From positions 42,532,001 to 42,596,000 of the forward strand of contig NC_043001.1 in NCBI RefSeq assembly GCF_006345805.1: a stretch of DNA of 64,000 nt, read 5' to 3'. Under the pieces are notes generated by a model. That model was not told the origin of the DNA. It was given only the letters and a program-made list of their open reading frames with translations, and did not search any database. Below, in pieces: positions 1 through 11,090 of the stretch. The DNA is from Octopus sinensis (Eukaryota). A program made the position numbers and the translations under genes. The first letter of the stretch is position 1. Each line of letters opens with the position of its first letter.

Positions 1-599
1 GGGACATAATCAAAAGAAACGAGGGTTCTCCAAAACTGATATGCCATTTAAGGAAAAGACAATCTGAGTGTCTGGAGATATGAAGACAGCAATGTAAATG
101 TTTCTACCTGATTAGGTGTCATCAGCACAGCAATTGCCTTACTTTATTACTTGCAGAAGATGATTTCATTTTCGCAAAGTAACTTGTTCTACTCCTTTTT
201 GTATATATATCTGTTTCATTTGGGACATCAAACCCATTACAAATGTTTTATTATATACTTAGGCAGGACCCTATACTGCAAATTTGTTTGCTTCATTGTA
301 AAGAATAGATGATAGTTGTTCCGGCACACTTGGCGATAAACTAATGTCTTCTCCAATAAAGAATTAACTTAATGTTATAGAAACCAGTTTAGAACTGAGG
401 CTAGTGTCATTAAGGATTCAACAAAGGCGTTATCTTCCATATAAGTAGTATATAAGTTTTTTAGGTAATGCAGTTAACAACAGAAATAAAGTTGGTCATA
501 GAACAGATATAAAATGACAAGAGAAATTCACTAGTATACAGAAAATAATTGGTTTCTTCTTCCCCTGAAAAAAGGAGGCATAAGTGTGGCTCAATAAGA

Positions 600-945
600 A
601 GTTTGTTTTCCAGTTACATGGTTTCAGATTCATTCCCAGTGTGTAGCACCCTAGGTAAGTGTCTTCCACTATAACACCAGGCCAACCAAAGCATTGTGAG
701 TAGATTTCATAGAGAGAAACTGAAAGAAGCTTGTCATTATGTGTCTGTCCACCACTACTGCTTAGTGAAACCAAATAGTGTTGGTTTCTTCATGTCCCCA
801 TAACTTAGTGGTTCGGTGAAAGAGACCAATAGAATAAATATCAGGCTTTGAAACAATAAGCACTGGGGTCAATCTGTTTGATTGAAACCTTTCAAGGCAG
901 TGCCCTAGCATGGCCACAGACCAATGAATAAAACAAATAAAATGG
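600..945 (+). mobile_element. Degenerate tRNA-derived SINE
   Basis: Same body and tail (...ttcaaggcagtgccctagcatggcc...aaacaaataaaa) as the copies at 1777-1970, 45733-46135 and 55990-56281. Confidence 0.7.
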
Positions 946-1190
946 AAAATGGTAAAAGAACCATCTGCTGGTATGTTCCAACGTTTCATACTATGCAAAA
1001 ATTCAAATGCATTAAAAGCAGCTCAAGCCATATAAACAATATCAAACACACATACACAAGGTAGGTGTTTTGCTCCTTCATGGATTGGCTATGTTTATAG
1101 GTGTAAGAAAATATGTTCTTATCAATTCACCTAGTGTTAAAATACCTGGAAGTCAGGTGTATATGTATGTATGTATACAAGTGTGTTAGT

Positions 1191-1776
1191 TTTGTTTGTT
1201 CCTTCTCAAGCCACGCCTGGTTCATACTTTACTTGTACTTGTGGGGACATTCACCCTGGGCGGGTTGAGTCGGCTTCTTCTACCACCCTCGAGGCATCTC
1301 AAACCATGGCTGCCCATGCACGACGGTCCTGTGCCAGTTCACTGGAGATAGCGAGCCAGTCACAGTTCCATCGGCACAGGCCGACCACCTGCGGTCCTGT
1401 GAGCATATAGAGGTCCTCCTTGATCGTCGTAACCCAGGTCTTCAGCTGCCCGCCCGCGCGTTTCCGCCAGTTGGGAGGTGGAGTTGGGAGAAGGACATCA
1501 CGGCTCATAGGTGCTGGTTTCCCAGTTTCCTTGGCATATAGGTTCTCCACCTGGACGGGACGTTGGTCCGTCACAGCTGAGTTGTAAGATGCAGGAGGAA
1601 AGAGTGAGAGAAAGTTGTGGCAAAAGAGTCAGCAGAAGCTCGCCATTACCTTCTGCCGGAGCCGCATGGAGCTTAGGTGTTTCATTCATAAACACACACA
1701 TCGCCCGGTCTGAGATTCGAACCTGCGATCCCTAGACCACAAGTCCGCTGCTCTAACCACTAGGCCATGAGCCTCC
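1191..1776 (-). mobile_element. Full-length tRNA-derived SINE with an RTE-LINE-derived 3' tail, inserted into another SINE
   Basis: A box TGGCCTAGTGG (1767-1757) and B box GGTTCGAATCT (1723-1713). The tail translates to an RTE ORF C-terminus (...WRKRAGGQLKTW...LAQDRRAWAAMV*DASRVVEEADSTRPG*) and ends in ACAA repeats. The 14-bp TSD ACAAGTGTGTTAGT is at 1177-1190 and 1777-1790. Confidence 0.9.
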
Positions 1777-2324
1777 ACAAGTGTGTTAGTGTTTGTCCAT
1801 CACTACTGCTTGACAATCAGGGTGGATTTGTTTACATCCCCATAACTCAGCAGTTCAGCAAAAGAAACTGACAGAACTATTGGGGCCAATTTGTTTGACT
1901 AAAACCTTTCAAGGCAGAGCTCCAGCATGGCCACAGACTAATAAGTGAAACAAGTAAAAGATAAAAGAAATGGAATATAGGTGATGTAAAATGATACTAG
2001 AACATGAGCAGTATGTGATGAGAATTAACAGGAATGAACTAGAATAAGTTGAGTATAGTCTATTGAATGTAGAATATGCTCTAAAATCAATATAAATGGA
2101 AGAATATCAAATACAGTGGTCAACATATGCAGGATACATGTCTATTTTTGTATGAAAATGGATGATATGTTCAAACTGAAGACTGACATGAGTAGGATGG
2201 GTGACACCTACTTTTGAAGTAATTTCATTAAACCTGAGAAGGTTGTCATTGTCAATAAGATAAACAGGGTTATTGAATGACAAAGTAAAAGAGATTTTAC
2301 TATTGACTCAATATGAAAAATTAC

Positions 2325-2463
2325 CTGTTGTCCAATTGAAACCTCGCATCCAGTTTCCACTGCACGTTTCATCATCTTTACAGCTATCCCACCACTCTTC
2401 ACAAGTATCTCGACACAGTGGAAGTTCAAAATATCTTTCTTTTCGTATTTTCATGTTGGATTC
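2325..2463 (-). CDS. Folate receptor family gene, coding exon 3
   Basis: Bounded by CAG| acceptor and phase-1 G|GTAATT donor. Reads ESNMKIRKERYFELPLCRDTCEEWWDSCKDDETCSGNWMRGFNWTTG, matching FOLR [41 protein letters not shown]. The final exon was not found in 1-2324 and probably lies left of the window. Confidence 0.92.
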
Positions 2464-2992
2464 CTGTCAGTATATCAGTTTGAATAGATGTCACTATAGT
2501 ATTTCTATACAGCACTACTTAAAAGTCAATCTCATGGAGTTTTTTTTATTTTTATTATTGTAGTCAAGGCAAGGTGCAAATTCATCTAATTGATTTTTAC
2601 CATCTTAATAATGTAATAATTTATTTCATACTTTTGAGGTACTGATAGAAAATAGTTAAGATATTAGATATTATATGAAATTTGGGTTGCAGATAACACA
2701 ACTCATGCCATCATGAAAAGAAATTCCAAAATAAGGATGAAAATATTTCATGTGTTACAAAAGCAATTTTAACACGTATGATTAAATTATATCACATATA
2801 TTATGGTTAAATTTTATGTCCATTTCAAACTCTTTTTAAAAGAATCTAAACAATATTGAACTGATTTGTATGAAAACCATTAGCACAGCTCCACCAAATA
2901 TGTTGGAACAATTATATTTCAAACACTGATTCCATAATAATACAGCGAACTAACTTTAAAATAGTCAAGTTTTAAATCCTAATATAACTAAC

Positions 2993-3176
2993 CTTATGAA
3001 TCCATGGTCCACCATTTGGTGTACACTGATAGAAACACAAATCTTGGATGAAATGTTGTAAGCAACGTTTTGAAAGTCTCTTGCAGTGATGAATATTAAA
3101 TTTGTACAAAGTCTCTTTATGAATATTTTCAGTTACATTTGCCTGACAACAAGACCATTTCTTCCATGGAGAACAC
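2993..3176 (-). CDS. Folate receptor family gene, coding exon 2 (contains a +1 frameshift near 3158-3161)
   Basis: Bounded by TAG| acceptor and AAG|GTTAGT donor. With one A removed from AAGAAAATGG it reads CSPWKKWSCCQANVTENIHKETLYKFNIHHCKRLSKRCLQHFIQDLCFYQCTPNGGPWIHK, matching FOLR CRPWRKNACC...HFIQDTCLYECSPNLGPWI. Length is 184 = 61 codons + 1. Confidence 0.88.
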
Positions 3177-4257
3177 TAAAAATCAATTAATCAAGCAAAG
3201 AACATTAAAGTTAACATTTGTACAAAGGAAAATATAGAAAAATATGCAAGAAAATAAAGAAAATGGAAAATAAAGCATGATAGAAACAAACTTTTTTTTC
3301 AAAAATGCTTCAATATATTAAAATAATACTTTTGTAGAGTATGATTTTCCAAAATAGGTAATATATTAAAAATATTGGTCAGTAAGGATGAATTGCTGAT
3401 TAACAAGTAAATAATTTAACCATTTAATTTTTTTACCATCCATGTTATTAGCAAGTGGAATATCTATAGTTTCCTTGAAGCTAATAAGGGAGATTCTACA
3501 TAGTTGCATGAACTGCTAGAAATGCAACCAGATCATTCTTAAATCATTGCCTGCCATCTTGAATAAGATAAAGACAGATAAAGGGAGTTCTATAGATGCA
3601 GGATAATCATGGATGGAATGCCTTTCGGTAATAGATTTTTTTCATTTAAGGTTGATCAGGGTCTAAACAACAACTCTAGTTGCCTAAGCTAGTAAATAAA
3701 GTGTGATCTATGTTTAGTGCATGATTTATTAAGCAGGAGTATTTAATATGAATACCTTATTTCTTAAACAATGCTCAATTATCAATGGTTATAGATAATA
3801 TATTAGGACAAGTCATTAAGAAAAATATCAGCTGAAATTGGGTTACACTTTGCATTTTCTATATATATTTGTAAAGGTCTTTTTTTTTAATTCTTAAATG
3901 CATCCTTTTCCATGATTTTCCATGTTATCAGCAACAAAGTAAAATTATAGGTTTTCAATTCATTTTCCTACATTATTTAAAATGTGAAAAGCAAAAACAT
4001 TTTAAAGCCATTTATACAGTCTATGGCACTACAAGTCTTTGATGGAACATGAAAAAGTATCAAGATTTATATATCACTGATTTATCATAATTGAGAATAT
4101 GTTTGAAGTCCATTTTGCCTCAAGGGAAGGGAATTAAATGCATACTTTAATATCAACTAGTATATATCAAGTGTATAAATCTTACGTCTTGTTATTTGAG
4201 CTGCACTTCATCAATCAATGCATAATGGTAAAAATTCATGCTTAATTCTCACAAAGA

Positions 4258-4440
4258 CAAAGGCAGCAAGCTGTCAGAATCATTTGCACACTAGGCAAAA
4301 TGCTTAGTGGCATTTTATCTGTCTTTGAGTTCAAATTCTGCTGAAGTCAAATTCACCTTTCATCCTTTTGAGGTCAATAAAAGAAGCACCAGTAATAAAC
4401 TTATCCCTTCTCAAAATAGCTGGACAATGCCAAAATTTGA
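4258..4440 (+). mobile_element. Degenerate SINE (tRNA-like head plus core)
   Basis: aaggcagcaagctgtcagaatc...gagttcaaattctgctg...tttcatccttttgaggtcaataaa. Related reverse copies lie near 44060-44220 and 44650-44820. Confidence 0.6.
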
Positions 4441-5479
4441 AACCAATTCTCACAAAGAGATTTTCTTATTTAGCTAAAAGTTAACACTTTCTCCCGAGTA
4501 ATTTAATCATTTCCCAATCCCAACAATCCATAGGGACTCAGCTCTGGTTTCTATAACATTAAGCGAACGTGTGACAAAATCTTTTGAACAGAACACAAGT
4601 GACTTTTCCAATAAAAGGAACTGACTATAATCTAACAAAATAATTGTTAATTCTACATTACATTAATGCTACTACTTGAAATATTCAATTGCACTCCTAG
4701 AATATCTACTTAAAGAATAAAGAACTTACTATTAAGAACAAAGGGGTTTAGTTACAGATATGATGCAGTACAGGTAATATAATATAAATAGCTGACCCAT
4801 TACCTAGTTGTTTGAAACTGTTACCCTTGGTATCTTTCATCTTAAAGAATATGCTACAATAAATGTTTTTACGTACAGAATGCTGATGATTAGCCTATAA
4901 AATTTAGAATCTCCTTTTCATATACAATTCAAGTTGATTCTATTTACTTTCAAAGAAATATCATTCATCATACATTTTCATTTAACATACATTTTCCATG
5001 TTGGCATGATTAGAGAGTTTGACAAGAACTAGTAAGCTGGAGAGCAGCACCAGACTGTTTTGGCTTGGTTTCTTCCTACCACCAACAATTCCACAGTGTA
5101 TTAGGTGTGCCTTTCACAAGTCACCAGCATGAGTGTGCTTTATGCGTCACTGGCACAAGTGCTGGCTTTTATTAATGCCTTGTATTTAGTGTATTTAGAG
5201 TGAGGTGGAGGAAAGACAATAGATGAAAAATAGGTATGTATATTGAAGTTATAAATCCATTTTTTAGGCAGAATGGTATACATGTAATATTCAAATACCC
5301 TATGAGTAAAATCCAAAAGTCCAACAGAGTTTAAAATGGGTCCTTCCAAATATAGAGTTTATACGCAATGTAAGATTCCCTTATGAGTGAGATCCAGCAG
5401 TTTTTAAACTTGGTCATTCCAAGTAGAGAATTTATATACAGTGTTGCAGAGTCAAAGGTTTTTATTTAAAGTGGATCTC

Positions 5480-6050
5480 ACTCATTCGGATGGCTCTTTT
5501 TATGTACCAGTCAGGTAGTCCTGACATCGATCACGTTAGAATAGTGCTTTTTACGCTCCACCATCACGGGAGCCCATGTTTGGATGGTGCTTTTTACGTG
5601 CCACTGGCATGGGAGCCAGTCAGGGGGCACTGGCCACTGCTACGATTTTGGTTTTACTTGACTCAACAGGTCTTCTCACACATATCATACCTCTATCAGG
5701 AATTCTTCACTATACTTGTTGCCAACCCTCACCTTACTGACAGTATCCCTGTACATGGCTTGTACAGCTCTTACTAAACACTCATCTATCCCTAGTTTCT
5801 GCATTGACCACCAGATCAGGGATTGGAGGACCCTGTCAATGGTGCTTTCCATGTCAACGAAAGCCAGGTACAGAGGTTTACCTTTGGCTAGGTATTTCTC
5901 CTGCAGCTGTCTTACCAGAAATATAGCATCAGCGGTGCATTTCCCTGGCACAAACCCAAACTACATCTTGTCTAAATGAACTCTCTTCCTAATTAGTTGG
6001 GCTATGACCCTCTCTGTGACTTTCATTACCTGATCCAACAACTTGATTTG
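5480..6050 (-). mobile_element. RTE-clade LINE fragment (RT N-terminal part fused to 3' UTR by internal deletion)
   Basis: QFGF.PGKCTADAIFLVRQLQEKYLAKGKPLYLAFVDMESTIDRV, same family as 9157-11090. Confidence 0.85.
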
Positions 6051-6961
6051 TTTCTAATGACTGAAATAAATAAAAGATAAAAAAATATATGTGTCTGTGT
6101 GCATGGGTGGGAATCTCTTAAAGTAACTATTATTTACAATAAAAATTTTCACAACTTCTGAGTAAAATCTCACACTACAGTTTGTCTGACTGTCACTCAT
6201 TCCCACTCCATTTGTTGTTTTAATTCTCCTCAACTGGTGTGACTGACAGGACATAGATAGCATTATATTATATGTGAGATTATTTCGCTTCAAAGTGTTT
6301 ATAAATACCTTCCTACATTAGTATTTGTCTGAGTTTGTAAGCAATCTTTAGTTATGGTCTTTCCAAATAAAATGCAAATGGGTTGGAAGGGATGAACAGC
6401 AGTTGATGTGCATCCCCACCACCATTTACCAAATAACTACTTTTTAAAGTCTCTTTCAATTTTTAAAGCCTCTTTCAATTACTCTCTCCCTTTCTCTCTG
6501 CCATTACAATGTCACTCTCATTATATCTTACCATTACTGTTTCCCTCACAGTATTCATTCAAGCACTTTCTCCTTTTGCTTTTCTTCTAATACTCTGACT
6601 TACTAATCTATACTCAATTCTTACACTATCTTGCCCTAGATTAGCTGTCATTGCTCTCTCTTCTATTCACCTTCTTGATCATAGCACTCCGTATGAGTGG
6701 AGAAAACAGAGTAGTGAGGACTTGCAATGTACAAGATAACCTATTTAGTGCTGATGCCTTAATAAAATGTACCCAGTAAATTCTGTAAAGTGATTGGTGT
6801 AGGAAAGGCATTCAGATACAGAAACCATGACAAAAATTGGAATGCATGAGTGAGATTGATCCTCCAACCCATCCACAAGAATAACAGCTGCATATAACAT
6901 ATAAAAAAATACATAATTTTAAAAGAAACATTAACAAGTACAGCTTTTGGTTATACAACAC

Positions 6962-7111
6962 CTGGTCATAGAGAGATCCTTCAGGACCAGGTTTCTGTTT
7001 ATGATGTAATCCATCCAAGCATCGGTTTAAATATTGTTCAACAGTTTTCCTTTCATCACCTTCAGCCAATGAGCAAAGCACCAGCAGAAATAATACAATG
7101 TATGGAATCAT
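6962..7111 (-). CDS. Folate receptor / riboflavin-binding protein family gene, first coding exon (signal peptide plus N-terminal Cys motif)
   Basis: Translates MIPYIVLFLLVLCSLAEGDERKTVEQYLNRCLDGLHHKQKPGPEGSLYDQ. This is a hydrophobic signal peptide followed by a match to FOLR1 CMNAKHHKEKPGPEDKLHEQ. A polypyrimidine acceptor TTTTACAG sits immediately before the ATG, and a phase-0 CAG|GT donor falls at the same position as the vertebrate FOLR intron. Confidence 0.9.
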
Positions 7112-7518
7112 CTGTAAAAAAAAAATACAAAAAAAAATGGGCAATCTTACGATTCTAGTATACTTTTCCGTCGATTTCCGTAAAAAACTATTATTTTTTT
7201 ACATATGGGCTTGCGGGAACTTTTGAAGTAATGAGAGCGAAATAGTCTAAGAGAAAGCGATTGTATGACGAGGGAAGTTCTTTTGAAGTTACCGTGCATG
7301 GGAAGCATTGATGTACATGTGTGTGTGTTTGATGGGGTGTGGGAGACAGAAAGTATGTTGTAAGTGAAGTGATTCTGTTAGTGTGTGTGAAGAGACAGAG
7401 AGAGTAATGTATGAAAGAGAGAGATAACTGAAATTTTTTACTCGGTTTTTGTAGTGCGTGCGCGTGTATGCATGTATGTGTATATGTATGTATGCATGTA
7501 TGTGTGTGTGTGTATGTA

Positions 7519-7552
<34 letters not shown>

Positions 7553-8233
7553 GCCGATTTAGTGTTTACATTATTTCGAGTTAAAACGAAAGATTACCAA
7601 AAGGCAATCGGTACAATAATATTTACTTTGTGTAAAAAATTATTTATTTTGTTTTTAAAAAAACCCTATTTTTGCATACGCGCACTATTTTTGCATACGC
7701 GACTATTTACGACTAGCTAGCGCGGGTGCACAAGTACCGTGAAAATTTTTGATGTTGTCGAGTTATATTGAAGGAATGCCAAATTTTTCTTTCCTGAATC
7801 AAAATTCTTCGTTTTTTTTTTTTTCGTATTTTTCGTACTTTTCTCACATATTACGCAACAAAAAATTTCTGAAAGAAGTGAAAAATGAAGAAATTGGGGG
7901 TGGAAACTGAAATTTCGAAATGCCGATTTTTTTTTTTCAGATTCGGAATGTTACCCGTAAACGGGAGGTTTCTGTAAAAAAAGAGGGTGTGCAAATAGAA
8001 GCCAGTGTAGCAACGCAACGCATTTTAAATAATTTAGGATAAAAAAATAATTCGAAATTACCTACACGTATAGTAATACATAAAGAGAATACGAGGTTCC
8101 CCCTTACCTGATTTCTAATGAAGTCAAGTTATATAACTAAGCACAACGTGGAGGTCGTGATATTAGGAGACTGCTGAATATTCCAGCTACAAGATGAGAT
8201 ACAAACTCTAGCTAGAACAAGATACAAGATACC

Positions 8234-8252
8234 GGTACTTGTGACAAGTACC
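8234..8252. mobile_element. 19-bp Merlin-like remnant (two TIR tips) with 9-bp TSD
   Basis: CAAGATACC|GGTACTTGT-G-ACAAGTACC|CAAGATACC. Confidence 0.75.
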
Positions 8253-9156
8253 CAAGATACCTCTACCTACACATACATACATTCCATCATGCTTTATTAG
8301 CCGAATTCTACAATGAAAATAAATTCCAAATATTATTACCTCTTTGTTTTGCTGTCCAGTTTCCAAATTCGCGCTTTATACGTGTGTGCGTACGCATAGC
8401 AAGGGCAAGACTTCCTTTTGTTACCCGCCGCTTTTATTTTTCATATTTTTTTCGACACACCTCCGTTTTCGGCTACGGGGAATGCAAATCTGCTAGGGTT
8501 TGAGGGTTAGGTTTAGGGTTTTAAGGGTTAATATCTAGATCCGCACCCGGTGGGAAAAATGGATAAATGCTGGTGGTGGTGGTGGGGGGGAATCTCAAAA
8601 TGCCAATTTTTGTATCCGATAACGGAGGGTTTTGGCAAAAATAAATATAAAAATAAAAAATTTGGGAGAAAGTCTTTCCAATAGCGTATATATGTAGGCA
8701 GGTAAAAATTTACTTCTTTGCTGTCAAAAAATGGATCAATTCTCAACAAAACACTCTAAACTCATCTTTGTGTGGGAAGGCAGATGAACGATGTATGTAT
8801 GTATGTATGTGTGTGTGTGTGTATTTAATAATGAACCATTTCTTAAACATAAACGATATAGTCTATAAATTTAGGATGTTTTTGAAAGATAATATATTTT
8901 GTCATCAGAACATATATACTTTCTCACACAACAATTAAGATATATTTATTTTAAATCGTTCATGTTCTCCCACCCCCACCGCCGCTCGCAAAAGTTAGTT
9001 TGGGCGCGGAAGATTTTTTTGTTTTTTCTTAAAACGCTGGTATGAAACTGTAAAACTTAGAGAGAGAGAGAGTGTTGAGAGGGATCAGAAACACAAAAAT
9101 AAGAACGCGACATTTGCTGACCTGTCGTGTAATAGAAAGGATGTCCTGCGCATCTT

Positions 9157-11090
9157 GTCATCATCTTCATCATCGTCATCATCGTCATCATCGTTTAACG
9201 ACCGCTTTCCATGCTAGCACGGGTTGGACGATTTTGACTGAGGGCTGGCGAACCAGATGGCTGCACCAGGCTCCAATCTTGATCTGGCAGAGTTTCTACA
9301 GCTGGATGCCCTTCATAACGCCGACCACTCCGAGAGTGTAGTGGGTGTTTTTTACGTGCCACCGGCACGGGCGCCAGTCAGGCGGTACTGGCAACGATCT
9401 CGCTCGAATCTTTTTTACACGTGCCAGTGAAGCGACGTTGGTAACGATCACGCTCGAATGGTGCCCTTTTACGTGCCACGGGTATGGAAGCCAGTTGGCT
9501 GCTCTGGCAATGTCCACGCTCGGATTAGCACCCTCCTAGCACATGCACAAGTACCAGTAAGGCGATGCTGGTAACGATCATACTCAAATGGTGCCCTTTT
9601 ATGTGTCACTGGCACGGAAGCTGGTTAGCCGCTCTGTCAACGATCACACTTGTTTGGTGCTCTTTGCACCCTGCTAGCACGGATGCCAGTCATCGAATTG
9701 ATTTTGGTTTTGATTGATTTTGATTTCACTTGCCTCAACAGGTCTTCGCAAGCAGAGTTTAGTGACCAAAGAAGGAAAAGGTATGCATAAGTGGGCTGGT
9801 TACGCTCCTGGCATAGGCCACAGGTTATGGTCTCATTTGGCTTGCCGGGTCTTCTCAAGCACAGCATATTTCCAAAAGTCTTGATCGCTAGTCATTTCCT
9901 TGGTGAGGCCTAATGTTCGAAGGTCGTACTTCACCACTTCATCCCAGGTCTTCCACAGGTTCCCTCAACCGCTAGTGTGTGGCACTTTTTCACACAGCTA
10001 CCCACATCCATTCTCACCACATGACCATACCAGCGCAGCCGTCTCTTGCACACCACATCCAATGCTTCTTAGGTCTAACTTTTCTCTCAAGGTCGAGTAT
10101 GCACACTGACATTACACATCCATCGGATCATACTGGCTTCATTCCTTGCGAGCTTACGCATGTCCTCAGCAATCACAGCCTATGTTTCACTGCCGTGTAG
10201 CATGGCTGTTCGTACACATGCATTATACAGTCTATCTTTTACTCTGAGCGAGAGGCCCTTTGTCACCAGCAGAGGTAAGAGCTCTCTGAACTTTGCCCAG
10301 GCTATTCTTATTCTAGCAGCTACACTTTCAGCGCACCCTCCCCCGCTACTGACTTGGTCACCTAGGTAACGGAAGCTATCAACTACATCTAGTTTTTCTC
10401 CCTGGAATGTGGCGGAAGTTGGTCTCTGCGCATTTTCGGTGTTTATCACTCCCAACCATCTGCCACATACAAAAACTATCTTCCCAGTTAGCCTTCCTTT
10501 GATATTACTGCACCTCTTATGTGTCTATAGTTTACACTGGGTACATCTTATACACCTCTACTACAGATCAAGCAGGGCCATCTACCTGAAGGGATTTGTG
10601 GTTTGCCTGTCTTCCTACTTATTAGGACTTTGGTTTTAGCTAGGTTGATTCTAAAGCCCTTCAATTCTAATCCTTGTTTCCACACTTGAAACTTCTCTAG
10701 TTTTGATAGTGACTCAGCAATTAGAGCAAGGTCATCAGCATAGAGGAGCTCCCAGGGGCATCCTGTCTTGAATCCCTCCGTTATTGCCTGGAGGACTATG
10801 ATAAATAGGAGGGGGCTGAGGACTGAATTCTGGTGGACCCCAACCTCTACCCGGAATTCTTCAGTGTACTCGTTGCCAACCCTTACCTTACTTACAGCGT
10901 CCCTGTACATGGCTTGCACAGCTCTCACTAACCATTCATCTATACCTAGTTTCCTCATTGACCACCAGATAAGGGATCAGGGGACCCTGTCAAAAGCTTT
11001 CTCCATGTCAACAAAAGTCAGGCACAGGGGCTTATCTTTGGCTAGGTATTTCTCCTACAGCTGTCTTACCAGAAATATGGCATCAGTGGC
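9157..11090 (-). mobile_element. RTE-clade LINE, 5'-truncated, with 3' UTR and (GAT)n tail
   Basis: RT motifs FVDMEKAFDRVP, GVHQNSVLSPLLF, LLYADDL and FRYLG...MLHGSET, with stops and frameshifts. The tail appears on the + strand as (CAT)n at about 9157-9192. Confidence 0.93.

Noticed and set aside
120-360. Possible last exon of the folate-receptor gene
   Set aside because: No reading frame shows the expected C...FP...C..IW...C...NPN pattern or a GPI signal.
1690-1776. tRNA gene (also 24220-24290 and 63050-63128)
   Set aside because: These are SINE heads with no complete cloverleaf, and they continue into SINE bodies.
7112-7144. ORF-track start MPIFFCIFFLQ upstream of the folate-receptor ATG
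   Set aside because: It is the polypyrimidine tract and acceptor; the signal peptide begins at ATG 7111.
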